Assembly: GCA_965218585.1 (NCBI GenBank)
Contig: CBDCLE010000002.1
Coordinates: 416,001 to 480,000, forward strand
DNA: 64,000 bases
Reading direction: 5' to 3'
Source: Terriglobia bacterium
Lineage (GTDB): Bacteria; Acidobacteriota; Terriglobia; 20CM-2-55-15
Made by a program: the position numbers and the translations under genes. Below, piece by piece: positions 28,448 through 38,261 of the stretch (the stretch's first letter is position 1; every line of letters begins with the position of its first letter). Under the pieces are notes generated by a model that saw only the letters and a list, made by a program, of their open reading frames with translations, was not told where the DNA came from and searched no databases.

Positions 28448-29767
28448 CTAACCGCCCGTATAGCTGATCCGCCAGATCCGGCCACCCGAGTCATCTGACA
28501 CATACAGCGTTCCGTCGGGGCCGAGGGCCAGTCCGGTTGGACGGTGAACCGCATCTTGCGGATTCATGAGAGGCGATACGCCCGCAAAACCGTCCGCGAA
28601 CGTCTCATAGTCGCCAGTAGGTTGACCATCAGCCATCGGGACGAAAGCTACCTGATATCCACCCTGCGGCAGAGGGGCGCGGTTCCAGGAACCGTGGAAC
28701 GCGATGAACGCGCCGTTCTGATAGGGGGTGGGGAACTGATCGCCCGTGTAAAAGATCACGTCGTTGGGTCCCCAATGTCCAGGGAACGCAACCAACGGTT
28801 GCCCGTAGTCGGCGCAATCTCCGACTTGCTGGCCGTCACCGCCGTACTCGGGCATAACGAGTTTCGTGTCCTGCATCCAGTCGTGATAGCAGTAGGGCCA
28901 ACCGAAATCTGCGCCCTCTTCCAGCCTGAAGAATTCCTCCGACGGCAATTCTGCACTGGCCTGTTCGTCGAAATAGTCCGAGTAGAGTGTAGCCAGCTGA
29001 TCCCGCCCGTGCTGGGCGGCGTACACGCCCTGACTTGCCGGATCCCAAGTCAGAGCCACTATGTTGCGGGTGCCGGTAATAAAATTGGAGCCATCGGCCA
29101 CCTGGTCCTGCCCAACGGTGTTTGCGTCGAAGCGCCAGACACCGGCCTGTTGTTCAAGGAGAGGGCAGGGTTGCATTCCCGGAGAACCTTCCGTTCTGTC
29201 CATTTCCTGGCACGCGTTCGACGGGGCGCCGACGTTGACGTAGAGCCCGCCGGCGTTGTCGAGTGTGAACGCTTTCGCTGCATGCGAACCTTGTTCGGGG
29301 AACCCGCCTACGATAACTTCAGGCTCTCCTTCCGGAACTAATTGGCCGGGTGTCAACTCGTAACGCAACACCGCCAGATCGGTCGAAACATAGAGGTTGT
29401 TTCCATCGAGCTGAAGCCCCGTGCCGAAGTGATCACCGAACCACTCCTGGATTTCCGCGCGTCCATCGCCGTCCGCATCACGCAGGGCGACGATGCCTCC
29501 CGCCGGTTCTTCAGCATCAGGTTGAGCTCCGCGGATTCGGACGTAAAGGGTGCCGTCATCGGCGACATCAAAATGCCGCGCCCTTCCGAGATTGTCTGCC
29601 ACAACCGTGGCGCAAAATCCGACCGGCAGGGTCAAACCTCCGTTGTCGGGATCGCAGTCGGCGGGATCGGCCAAGTTCAGTTGCGCTTCCGGTTGTTCTT
29701 CTTCGGTGCCGCCCGCGCAGGCCACCAGGGCGCTGAGCGCAACGGTCACAACAAACAGGCGTGTCAT
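28448..29767 (-). CDS. Glucose/sorbosone dehydrogenase-like beta-propeller lipoprotein
   Basis: Lipobox LVAC; NVGAPSNAC, GTRN, DFGWPYCY, AFHGSWNR, RPTGLALGPDGTLYVSDD; GGAGG RBS. Confidence 0.9.
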   Translation of the reverse strand: MTRLFVVTVALSALVACAGGTEEEQPEAQLNLADPADCDPDNGGLTLPVGFCATVVADNLGRARHFDVADDGTLYVRIRGAQPDAEEPAGGIVALRDADGDGRAEIQEWFGDHFGTGLQLDGNNLYVSTDLAVLRYELTPGQLVPEGEPEVIVGGFPEQGSHAAKAFTLDNAGGLYVNVGAPSNACQEMDRTEGSPGMQPCPLLEQQAGVWRFDANTVGQDQVADGSNFITGTRNIVALTWDPASQGVYAAQHGRDQLATLYSDYFDEQASAELPSEEFFRLEEGADFGWPYCYHDWMQDTKLVMPEYGGDGQQVGDCADYGQPLVAFPGHWGPNDVIFYTGDQFPTPYQNGAFIAFHGSWNRAPLPQGGYQVAFVPMADGQPTGDYETFADGFAGVSPLMNPQDAVHRPTGLALGPDGTLYVSDDSGGRIWRISYTGG

Positions 29768-29977
29768 GGGACCTCCTCGCGAAACAGATCGAGTCAAGAT
29801 GCGATTCACACTCGCTTGTGCCGCCATCGGCACCATTCCGTTCTATCGAGACGCGAGTATATCAAAGGGCATATGGGAATGGATGGTAGGGTTTAAGCTC
29901 TAACCAAGACGCAAGATAGACTCAGGGCGGACACGGAATAGCGTCGGAGTCGAGATCTCGAGGTGAGGAGCAAAAAG

Positions 29978-30664
29978 ATGAGTGAAATATCGTATCCAAA
30001 TGAAAGCCTGGAATATCGGTCGGCACGCGACAAATTGCTGAAGGCCGAACTTGATTTGCGGGAGCACGTTGAACGTGTCGCCCAACAACGTCGCGACCTG
30101 CCGCCTGGAGGCCTTGTCAGGGAAGACTATGTCTTCGACGAACAACTCGGCGGGAAAGTTGCCGAGACGCGATTATCCGACCTGTTTGGCGAAGGGAAGG
30201 ATACAGTTTTTCTCTATAGTTTCATGTATGCGCCCGACATGGACTCGGCGTGTCCGATGTGTACCGCCATGCTGGATGGTCTGAACGGACAGATCGTCCA
30301 TCTGGATCAGCGAATCAGCGTTGCCGTTGTCGCGAAACATTCCGTTGAGCGCATTTCTGAACACGCGCGCAATCGCGGCTGGTCGAACTTTCGACTTCTT
30401 TCTTCAGCCCGTAACAGCTACAACTCCGACTATTTCGGACAGATCGACGGCAAACAGATCCCGAACGCGAACGTGTTTGTCCGGGAGGATGGGGAAATCA
30501 GGCACTTCTGGGGAGCCGAAATGGTGATGGGGCCGATGATCAAAGGTGGCAACATGCGTCATATGGATCTCATCTGGCCGTTATGGAACGTACTGGACAT
30601 GACACAGAGCGGCCGCGGGGAGTGGTATCCCAAACTCTCCTATACGGATCCCTCTGGCGTATGA
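29978..30664 (+). CDS. DUF899-family thioredoxin-like protein
   Basis: AR..LL.AE..L......VA..RR.LP, FMY.P....CPMC, WPLWNVLD.T..GR motifs. Confidence 0.88.
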   Translation: MSEISYPNESLEYRSARDKLLKAELDLREHVERVAQQRRDLPPGGLVREDYVFDEQLGGKVAETRLSDLFGEGKDTVFLYSFMYAPDMDSACPMCTAMLDGLNGQIVHLDQRISVAVVAKHSVERISEHARNRGWSNFRLLSSARNSYNSDYFGQIDGKQIPNANVFVREDGEIRHFWGAEMVMGPMIKGGNMRHMDLIWPLWNVLDMTQSGRGEWYPKLSYTDPSGV

Positions 30665-30706
30665 TAATCGGGGACACCATTCAAGCCCTCGTTCGAGGGT
30701 AGAAAT

Positions 30707-31243
30707 ATGGGAGATACGAACCACTTGATCTTGACAGCGACCGGGGCAGACCGCGTCGGCCTGGTCGAAGCGATATCGCAGTTTATCTCCAGAAACGATT
30801 GCAACATCGAAGACAGCAAGATGGCGGTTTTTTGCGGTGAGTTTGCCATTATTGTCCTGCTCAGCGGTGACGATTCCGATCTTAGCAAGATCAGCGGCGG
30901 CTATCAGGAGATCGAAGCCTCGACCGGTCTCACGATCACTATAAAGACGCCTGCGACCAGGACAGCAGGGGAATTTCTACTGCCATACAAACTCACGGCT
31001 TCGTGTATGGACCATCCCGGAGTCGTCCATCTCATCAGCGGCATCCTTAGCGGTATGGGTGTCAACATCGACTCGATGGAAACCAAGGCCTATTCCGCCC
31101 CGGTCAGTGGCACGCCGCTTTTCCAACTCGAAGCGGACGTAGCGATACCCGAGGGAGCGAACATCGGCGAACTGCGTGAACGCTTTGCCGCGCTTCAGAG
31201 AGAACAGAACATCGATATCGAGTTCACAGCGGTAAAGATTTAA
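30707..31243 (+). CDS. GcvR-like tandem ACT-domain protein
   Basis: TATGADRVGLV..IS, CNIEDSKM, DHPGVV ACT repeats. Confidence 0.85.
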   Translation: MGDTNHLILTATGADRVGLVEAISQFISRNDCNIEDSKMAVFCGEFAIIVLLSGDDSDLSKISGGYQEIEASTGLTITIKTPATRTAGEFLLPYKLTASCMDHPGVVHLISGILSGMGVNIDSMETKAYSAPVSGTPLFQLEADVAIPEGANIGELRERFAALQREQNIDIEFTAVKI

Positions 31244-31293
31244 TTAGGGGGCAGTGAGCAAATTCGGAATTTGCTCGCTGCCCCCTAATTAAA
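31239..31293. repeat. 27-bp inverted repeat (REP-like / bidirectional terminator)
   Basis: TTTAATTAGGGGGCAGTGAGCAAATTC / GAATTTGCTCGCTGCCCCCTAATTAAA with one mismatch. Shares the GGGG(A/G)CAGTGAGCAA arm with 7654-7711; lies between convergent genes. Confidence 0.88.
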
Positions 31294-32056
31294 CTGTCCC
31301 TCTCTCCAACATCAGTGTTACAGGAGCGTGATCCGATGACCCGGCACGCGTCCGTTCCTCGACGTCTATATCCACCGATCTGATCCCCTCCCCGAGCGTT
31401 CGGTGAACGAGATGATGGTCCACGCGAAGGCCGCGGTTCCGTTCGACCGCCCCAACGCGATGGCTCCACCAGGTATATAGACCCGCTTCATCCGTGACGG
31501 CGCGCAGGGCGTCGATGAAAGTTCCGTCTCTCACAAGCGCGGTGAATCCCATGCGTTCGCGTGTGCTGCAGATCAGTTTTTCGTGCCGGGCAAGCGGATC
31601 GTAGACGTCGCGGTCATCAGGTGCAACGTTGAAGTCCCCGCACACGATGCGGGGCTCACTCACGGCAAGAGTATTTCCAAGACTTTCCAGCCACTTGAGT
31701 TTCGCCTCGTACTTCTCGCTGCCCACTTCCGCGCCGTGCGGCACGTAGACGTTGAGTACGCGAATCCCTTCAATCGTGGCCGCTATGGAGCGTGCTTCTG
31801 TGCTGTCTGTCTCGAGAGGTTCTCTGTCCACGTCCGTCTGCGGCGAACGGGACAGAATCGCGACGCCGTTATAGCCGGGTTGGCCGACAACCGAGGCTGT
31901 GTAACCCAACCCCAAGAAACCGATCCACGGGAACTTATCCTCCGTGCACTTGGTTTCTTGAAGACAGAGGACATCAGGTTGTTTCGCCTCGATCCACCGA
32001 AGAGTGGCATCCATTCGACGACGGATCGAATTCACGTTCCAGGTTGTGATGCGCAT
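31289..32056 (-). CDS. xth: Exodeoxyribonuclease III
   Basis: TWNVNSIR, LCLQETK, YNGVAILS, GDFNVAP, GLRVDH, SDHAPV. Confidence 0.95.
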   Translation of the reverse strand: MRITTWNVNSIRRRMDATLRWIEAKQPDVLCLQETKCTEDKFPWIGFLGLGYTASVVGQPGYNGVAILSRSPQTDVDREPLETDSTEARSIAATIEGIRVLNVYVPHGAEVGSEKYEAKLKWLESLGNTLAVSEPRIVCGDFNVAPDDRDVYDPLARHEKLICSTRERMGFTALVRDGTFIDALRAVTDEAGLYTWWSHRVGAVERNRGLRVDHHLVHRTLGEGIRSVDIDVEERTRAGSSDHAPVTLMLERGTV

Positions 32057-32072
32057 CGGGTGCGATCGCGGT

Positions 32073-32579
32073 TCAAGTGACGATGTCCTGTTCGTGGGTC
32101 TCTTCCCGGAAGACGGTGAACCCGCGGGCTTTGTAATTGTCTAGGGCGTGCGGGTGATCCAGCGTGCAGGTATGGAGCCAGACCCGTTCCGTATTCGTGG
32201 CCCATGCCTTGCGAACGGCTTCGGTCAGGAAAGGCCCTCCAATACCTCTTGCGGTGAACCCACCCAAGAGACCGAATGAAGATATTTCCACGGCTCTGTT
32301 GTCCTGGAGTTCAAGCTCAAAATAGCCGGCCAGTGCTCCGTCGAACCAACCGGCCCAGGTTTCGAGGTCATCGTGACCGGCCCAGTTCCTCCAATCGTCT
32401 ATGGTCCACCCCAGACGATCGATCCAATGCCAGTCGAATCCCACCGCCTGGTAGAGAAATCGGTTCAATTCGGGTGACGCAGGCGTGACTGGCCTCACGT
32501 TCAGTTCCGGAATGTTTCGTCGGCTCGGGCGTAGATCACCCAGGCTTGTCATTTCCAGGTAGTAGGTTCGGACTTCCAC
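32073..32579 (-). CDS. GNAT-family acetyltransferase
   Basis: GYFEL, FGLL..F..RGIG, VWLHTCTLDHPHAL.NY.ARGF. Confidence 0.9.
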   Translation of the reverse strand: MEVRTYYLEMTSLGDLRPSRRNIPELNVRPVTPASPELNRFLYQAVGFDWHWIDRLGWTIDDWRNWAGHDDLETWAGWFDGALAGYFELELQDNRAVEISSFGLLGGFTARGIGGPFLTEAVRKAWATNTERVWLHTCTLDHPHALDNYKARGFTVFREETHEQDIVT

Positions 32580-32593
32580 GTCAGTATTCGGCG

Positions 32594-33898
32594 CTACCGC
32601 TTGGCGACATGTTCGATCGCCTCGCCGACGACATCGTAAACGTAATGCAGTTCGTCGGCCTGTATGACGTACGGCGGCAGGATGTATATGACGTTTCCGA
32701 GCGGCCGCAGCAGGACACCATGATTCACAAAGAAATCATAAAGCACCGGGCGGATATCAGACAGATACCCGGGATCGTCAGTTTCGAGTTCAAGTGCGGC
32801 CACGGTGCCGATCATACGAGTGTCGCCGACCAGCGGGCTCTGGCCCAACAAGGGGAGGCGTTCGTGATGGATGCGTTCGATAGTTCTGATTCGGTCGAAG
32901 ACGGGTTCGGATTCAAATATTTCGAGGCTGGCCAGAGCCGCTGCGCACCCTAATGGGTTGCCGGCATAAGAATGGCCATGGAACAACGTGCGCATGCGAT
33001 CGGGCGCCAGAAAGGCCGAGTATATTTCCTCTGAGCAGAGCGTCGCCGAAAAAGGCAGAAATCCGCCGGTCAGTCCTTTCGAAAGGCACATGATGTCCGG
33101 CGTCACGCCTGCGAGTTCCGAGGCAAACATCGCGCCCGTTCGCCCGAAACCCGTCAACACTTCGTCCGCGATCAGGAGCACACCGTGTTCACGACATAGT
33201 TTCGATATTCCTCCAAGAAACTCCGGAGGGTGCATGATCATGCCTCCAGCTCCCTGCAGGAGAGGTTCGACGATGACCGCTGCCGTGGTTTCCGCCTGTT
33301 CCTCCAAAAGTGCCCGGATCGAGTCCAGACACTCGATCGAACAGCTGTCGCGTTTGAGCCCAACCGGGCACCGGTAACAGTATGCAGAGTGTGCGTGCTG
33401 GACTTCGAAGCGCATATCATCGAACGCTTCGGTAAAGGCTGAATCAGCGCTGAGGGCCATCGCCCCTACAGTGTCGCCGTGGTAGGCGTGTTCGAGAGCT
33501 ATGACGTTCTTGCGTTCATCTTTTCCGCGATTTCTCCAGTACTGGACGGCCATTTTGAGTCCTACCTCGACTGCGGTCGATCCGTTATCGGAGAAGAAAA
33601 TGTGCGAAAGGCCGTCGGGAGTTATGTTCCGGAGCTTTGCCGAGAGCTGTTCAGCGGGCTCGTGAGTGAACCCGGCGAAGATGACGTGTCCCAGTTGCTC
33701 GGCCTGTTTTCCGATTGCCGAACTGATCCGCGGATGGGCATGTCCGTGAATATTGACCCACCAGGAAGAAATCCCGTCCAGCAGCTTTCGCCCATCTTCG
33801 GTATACAGGTAGACGCCTTCTGCCCGTTTGATGCGGACCGGTTCCGGATCGAGTGCTTCCTGAGTGTATGGGTGCCAGATGTGGAGTGGTTTACCCAT
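32594..33898 (-). CDS. bioA: Adenosylmethionine-8-amino-7-oxononanoate transaminase
   Basis: IWHPYTQ, DGISSWWVNIHGH, SDNGSTAVE, YHGDT, ADEVLTGFGRTG, SKGLTGG. Confidence 0.97.
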   Translation of the reverse strand: MGKPLHIWHPYTQEALDPEPVRIKRAEGVYLYTEDGRKLLDGISSWWVNIHGHAHPRISSAIGKQAEQLGHVIFAGFTHEPAEQLSAKLRNITPDGLSHIFFSDNGSTAVEVGLKMAVQYWRNRGKDERKNVIALEHAYHGDTVGAMALSADSAFTEAFDDMRFEVQHAHSAYCYRCPVGLKRDSCSIECLDSIRALLEEQAETTAAVIVEPLLQGAGGMIMHPPEFLGGISKLCREHGVLLIADEVLTGFGRTGAMFASELAGVTPDIMCLSKGLTGGFLPFSATLCSEEIYSAFLAPDRMRTLFHGHSYAGNPLGCAAALASLEIFESEPVFDRIRTIERIHHERLPLLGQSPLVGDTRMIGTVAALELETDDPGYLSDIRPVLYDFFVNHGVLLRPLGNVIYILPPYVIQADELHYVYDVVGEAIEHVAKR

Positions 33899-34529
33899 TG
33901 AAGGGCGCCTTGTCGAAATGGTTCTCGTAGGTACTCAGCAAGGCAGCGCGCTCGATCGCCGGCAGGACGGGTACCCAACCCACTACGGGAACGTTTCCGT
34001 AATGCTCGATGGCTTTCCTGTTCTCGACGTTTTTCCCGCCAATCATGACGACTCCTACCAGATCCAGGCCAGCCTGCCGCACTCTGTTGACTGTCAACAA
34101 GGTGTGGTTGATCGTTCCCAAGGCGGTGCGGGTCGCGATCACAACCGCAGCGTCGAGATGTTCTATCAGATCGAGCATCAAGTCACGTTCGTTGATCGGA
34201 ACGAGTACGCCTCCTGCACCTTCTATTACGAGGCGTTTTCCGGCAACGACCGGTTTTTCGATGGCCGCCAGATCAATCCGTACACCGGCTTCGCGTGCGG
34301 CCAGGTGCGGTGAAACGGGTGGATCGAAAACAAAGGTTTCTGCCGGAGCATCGGCTTGGGCCAGTGCGGCCCATCGAATGACTGTTTCGCGATCGGTTTC
34401 GGCGTCGCCACCCATTCGCCCCGACTGAATCGGTTTCCAGTACGCCCCGTCCAGAGCCGCCACAAGAAGTGCCGAAAGGACTGTCTTGCCGACTTCCGTG
34501 TCGGTTCCGGTTACGAACAGGTCCTTCAC
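33891..34529 (-). CDS. bioD: Dethiobiotin synthase
   Basis: FVTGTDTEVGKT, WKPIQSG, SPHLAA, EGAGG, LGTINHTLLT. Confidence 0.97.
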   Translation of the reverse strand: MKDLFVTGTDTEVGKTVLSALLVAALDGAYWKPIQSGRMGGDAETDRETVIRWAALAQADAPAETFVFDPPVSPHLAAREAGVRIDLAAIEKPVVAGKRLVIEGAGGVLVPINERDLMLDLIEHLDAAVVIATRTALGTINHTLLTVNRVRQAGLDLVGVVMIGGKNVENRKAIEHYGNVPVVGWVPVLPAIERAALLSTYENHFDKAPFNG

Positions 34530-35683
34530 CGGGATCGATCTCTATAGTCCTTCAGAGCATCGACCAGGCTGTCCATAGCTTCCGGCGGCAGGTCGGCTGT
34601 TACGGAAAGGCGAAGGCGTGCCGTCCCCTCCGGAACTGTCGGCGTTCGGATCGCTCGGACTTCGAATCCTTCGTTTCTCAAGAACTGGGCCGTATCCATT
34701 GCCGTTTTTGTGGTTCCCAATAGAACAGGGACGATCTGGGTATTGCTGTTTCCTGTGTCGAAACTGGCATCGCTGAGCCCCTCTCGCAGCTTTGTTGAGA
34801 GGGCATCGAGGCGAGCACGTTCTTCGTTGGCTTCAGCGGCAAGCCTGATTCCGGCCGCGACCTGAGCCGCCACGTAGGGAGGCAGCCCGGTCGTGTATAT
34901 GAAGGGGCGAGAGTGATTAGTCAGATGTTCTTTCAAGGTTCTCGATCCGGCAACGAAAGCTCCCGACGCAGCCAGTGCCTTACCGCACGTATGGATGCTG
35001 GCTATGATCGCTTCCGATCGATTGGATGCGGCAATCAGTCCGCGTCCCTCCGGTCCGACAACACCAGTCGCGTGTGCCTCATCAACGATTAATCCCGCGT
35101 CGTAATTTTCCGCAAGAGTAACGAGTTCGTCGATCGGTGCCGAATCTCCGTCCATGCTGAAAATACTTTCGACGACGATGAATCGCTCACCTTGAACCGA
35201 ATCGGCGCTCTTGAGTGTGTCTTCGAGGAAGTCCAGGTCGAGATGCGGAAATATGATCTTCCGGCATCCGGATAGACGTATTCCGTCGATCAGGCTGGCG
35301 TGATTTGCGGCGTCGGAGAAGACCGTGTCCTCGGGGCGAAGGATCGCGGTAAGCAACCCGGTGTTGGCAGCGTAGCCGGAATTGAAAAACAGGGATGCTT
35401 CGACACCGAGGTATTGACTGAACCCTTCTTCCAGTTTTTCCCACGCTGCAACATGGCCTGAAAGCAGACGCGATCCGGTCGAAGCCACGCGGTCGGAGGC
35501 TTCGATGGCCCCCCGGAGTGCAGCAACCAGAGCCGGATGTCGGGAGAATCCCAGATAGTCGTTCGAGGAAAACTGGAAGCCTGCCCCGACTTCCGGATAG
35601 CGGTACAGGGATCGTGAACGCAGTGAGGCCAGGTCTTCGTCGAGTCTCTGGAGTGTCTTTGTGTTTGCGATCTTACGCGTCAT
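34526..35683 (-). CDS. bioF: 8-amino-7-oxononanoate synthase
   Basis: [45 protein letters not shown]. Start set to ATG 35683. Confidence 0.95.
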   Translation of the reverse strand: MTRKIANTKTLQRLDEDLASLRSRSLYRYPEVGAGFQFSSNDYLGFSRHPALVAALRGAIEASDRVASTGSRLLSGHVAAWEKLEEGFSQYLGVEASLFFNSGYAANTGLLTAILRPEDTVFSDAANHASLIDGIRLSGCRKIIFPHLDLDFLEDTLKSADSVQGERFIVVESIFSMDGDSAPIDELVTLAENYDAGLIVDEAHATGVVGPEGRGLIAASNRSEAIIASIHTCGKALAASGAFVAGSRTLKEHLTNHSRPFIYTTGLPPYVAAQVAAGIRLAAEANEERARLDALSTKLREGLSDASFDTGNSNTQIVPVLLGTTKTAMDTAQFLRNEGFEVRAIRTPTVPEGTARLRLSVTADLPPEAMDSLVDALKDYRDRSR

Positions 35684-36650
35684 GACCCGACACTGTGAGA
35701 TCCAGGTCTTCAAGTAACTGCGCGTCTTCTGAGCGTTCGGGATTGGGGGTTGTGAGCAGGCGGTCACCGACGAAGATCGAGTTGGCTCCGGCCAGGAAAC
35801 AGAGAGTGACGCATTCGCGGTTCAGCGAGCGGCGGCCCGCGCTCAATCGGACCCTGGAGCGTGGCATCAGAACGCGCGCCGTTGCAATCGTTCGGACGAG
35901 GATGAAGGGATCAATCGACTCGGCCGGCGCCAGCGGTGTCCCTTCGACTCTGACCAGCACGTTGACCGGAACACTTTCCGGATGTGGGTCGAGCCCGGCG
36001 AGTTCGTGCAGCAATCCGACGCGGTCCGAGTCGGACTCGCCCATGCCGACGATCCCGCCCGAGCACACTGTGATGCCCGCCTTTCTTACAGCGGCCAGCG
36101 TATCGAGCCGCTCCTGATACGTTCGGGTTGTGATGATTTTGTCGTAGTACTCCGGCGAGGTGTCCAGGTTGTGGTTGTACGCATCGAGTCCGGCGTCTGC
36201 CAACCGTTCGGCCTGCGATTCGCTCAGCATACCCAGCGTGCAACACACCTCCAGTCCAGTCGCGGCAACGCCGCGGACCATTTCCAAAACCTTTTCGAAC
36301 TCGGGACCATCCTTTATTTCTCGCCAGGCGGCTCCCATGCAGAATCGGTGGACGCCCTCATTTCTGGCGTCGCGCGCAGCCTGGATCACATGATCCACAT
36401 CAAGCAAACCCTGGTTGTCAACGTCCGTTTCGTAGTGCGCGCTCTGGGGGCAATAGGCACAATCTTCCGGGCATCCGCCAGTCTTGATCGAAATCAACTG
36501 GCAGAGTTGGACGTCTCTGGGCTTGTGATACTTGCCGTGTACCTGTTGGGCCTGGCCAATGAGATCCAGCAGCGGCTGTTGGTATATAGCTGCGATCTCT
36601 TGGCGTGTCCAGTCGTGACGCACATCGGGCACTGTATGTGTTGTTGACAT
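35673..36650 (-). CDS. bioB: Biotin synthase
   Basis: [16 protein letters not shown] radical-SAM motif, YNHNLDT, ESVPVN, RLSAGR. Start set to ATG 36650. Confidence 0.98.
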   Translation of the reverse strand: MSTTHTVPDVRHDWTRQEIAAIYQQPLLDLIGQAQQVHGKYHKPRDVQLCQLISIKTGGCPEDCAYCPQSAHYETDVDNQGLLDVDHVIQAARDARNEGVHRFCMGAAWREIKDGPEFEKVLEMVRGVAATGLEVCCTLGMLSESQAERLADAGLDAYNHNLDTSPEYYDKIITTRTYQERLDTLAAVRKAGITVCSGGIVGMGESDSDRVGLLHELAGLDPHPESVPVNVLVRVEGTPLAPAESIDPFILVRTIATARVLMPRSRVRLSAGRRSLNRECVTLCFLAGANSIFVGDRLLTTPNPERSEDAQLLEDLDLTVSGHDA

Positions 36651-36710
36651 GGATACTACCGTTCGAGAGCGAATTATACCGGATTGTGGACCGGGCTGCA
36701 TTCGACCCGG

Positions 36711-36785
36711 AAAAGTAGGGACAGACACTTTTTTTGTCGGAGGAATCGCCGTCTGATCCAAAAAAGGGTGTCTGTCCCTACTTTT
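36711..36785. repeat. REPIN-like element (18-bp perfect inverted repeat)
   Basis: AAAAGTAGGGACAGACAC (36711-36728) / GTGTCTGTCCCTACTTTT (36768-36785), with inner T and A tracts. Confidence 0.85.
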
Positions 36786-36805
36786 TCGTGTACGGTGAAA
36801 TAGTT

Positions 36806-36926
36806 GAAGGGGAGTAGATCGCCGACCCGCGAATCGCCCAAGCGGATCGGTCCGGTAGGTCGTCAATACGGTCGTTGATGAAACGGCCCGGTCTATCGGC
36901 GGGGATGACCCCGGAACGAGACCTTC
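36806..36926 (+). ncRNA. yybP-ykoY manganese riboswitch
   Basis: GAAGGGGAGTA...GTCGTCAATACGG...CGG...GAGACCTTC hallmark segments, directly upstream of a TerC/Alx gene (canonical context). Confidence 0.9.
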
Positions 36927-36957
36927 TGCGGAATTGCCGCGGAAGGTCTTTTTTTTT
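36919..36957 (+). terminator. Intrinsic terminator (riboswitch expression platform)
   Basis: AGACCTTCTGCGG-AATTG-CCGCGGAAGGTCT followed by a T run; the 5' arm overlaps the aptamer P1 3' strand. Confidence 0.88.
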
Positions 36958-36995
36958 GGAATGTTTCTGAAGCGGGTCCGGATTAGTCCGGTTTA

Positions 36996-38021
36996 ATGGA
37001 TAGTGTCCAACTCTTTCCGTTGACTGAATACTGGTGGCTGTACCTGGCCTTCATCGGAGGTGTGGCTCTCGTATTGGCCATCGACCTGGGGGTCTTTCAT
37101 AAGGAAGCCCACGCGGTTGGGTTCAAGGAAGCGGCTGCCTGGTCCGCGTTCTGGATCCTCCTGTCCCTTGCCTTCAATGCCTGGCTCTATTACTACGCGC
37201 TTGGAAAATTTGCCGTCGATCCTCGACTGCAGGCCGTGCCCGGTTTTGACAGCGATGCTGAAGCCTGGAGGGTGGGGCTCGAGTTCCTGACCGGCTACGT
37301 GGTGGAAAAGTCTCTCTCCGTCGACAACATCTTTGTCTTCGTTATCGTCTTCAGATATTTCGGAATCGGCCTCCTCTACCAGCACCGCGTTCTCTACTAT
37401 GGGATCATCGGCGCCTTTTTCTTCCGAACGGCGTTCATTGTGACCGGTGCACTTCTGATTCAGTATCAGATCGTCGTCTGGATTTTCGGCGGTTTTCTGA
37501 TCGTCACCGGGATCCGGTTGATGTACTCGGGAGGGGAAAAGATTGAACCCGAAAAGAACCCACTGCTCCGTCTCTTCCAAAGTCGGATTCCAGTAACGGC
37601 CTCACTTCACGGGCAGCGTTTCTTTGTGCGCAAGGACGGCGTCCTGTTCGGGACGCCTTTGATCGTGACGCTGATCTTCCTGGAGGCCACCGATATCGTG
37701 TTCGCCGTAGACTCGGTTCCCGCTATTTTTGCAATTACCAACGAACCCTTCATCGTGTTTACCTCCAACATGCTCGCCATCCTTGGCCTGCGTGCACTCT
37801 ACTTCCTCCTGGCCGGCGCAGTGGAAAAGTTCTACCTCCTTAAGTACGGCCTGGCACTGGTGCTGATCTTCGTGGGCCTGAAGATGGTGTGGCTGAACGA
37901 ACTCTACGACGGAGATTTCCCGATCAGCGTATCCCTGGGATTCATCCTCGGTGTCCTGACTTTGTCGATAACAGCATCGTTGATATGGCCGAGGACCGAA
38001 CAAGCGCCCACTGGCGAGTGA
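36996..38021 (+). CDS. TerC/Alx-family membrane protein (Mn homeostasis)
   Basis: EKSLSVDNIFVF, YQHRVLYYGIIGA, DIVFAVDSVPAIFA, TSNMLAILGLRALYF. Confidence 0.95.
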   Translation: MDSVQLFPLTEYWWLYLAFIGGVALVLAIDLGVFHKEAHAVGFKEAAAWSAFWILLSLAFNAWLYYYALGKFAVDPRLQAVPGFDSDAEAWRVGLEFLTGYVVEKSLSVDNIFVFVIVFRYFGIGLLYQHRVLYYGIIGAFFFRTAFIVTGALLIQYQIVVWIFGGFLIVTGIRLMYSGGEKIEPEKNPLLRLFQSRIPVTASLHGQRFFVRKDGVLFGTPLIVTLIFLEATDIVFAVDSVPAIFAITNEPFIVFTSNMLAILGLRALYFLLAGAVEKFYLLKYGLALVLIFVGLKMVWLNELYDGDFPISVSLGFILGVLTLSITASLIWPRTEQAPTGE

Positions 38022-38261
38022 AGAGAGCAGATCAACCGAGAGGCGCGGAGAAAGAAAAAAGCAGAACGAAATTGCCTACGTCTGGGTTCGACCGAGAATA
38101 TCAGAAGGTCGTGCGGTCCACCTGCAGATAAGGTGGCCGCAGATTGTTCGTGGAGACCCCCGGCACCTCTCAACTGGGCCATTAATCAGCGCCGGGTGAA
38201 AATGATATTATCGCTGTCGAGTGTGCATAGCTGAACGGCTAGAAGTGCTGGGGAGCCCTGA

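Noticed and set aside
36651-36866. Long N-terminal extension of BioB (similar extensions for BioF, GuaB, Sel1, YjbQ and the small barrel)
   Set aside because: These run through repeats, the riboswitch or neighbouring genes; family similarity starts at the downstream codons used.
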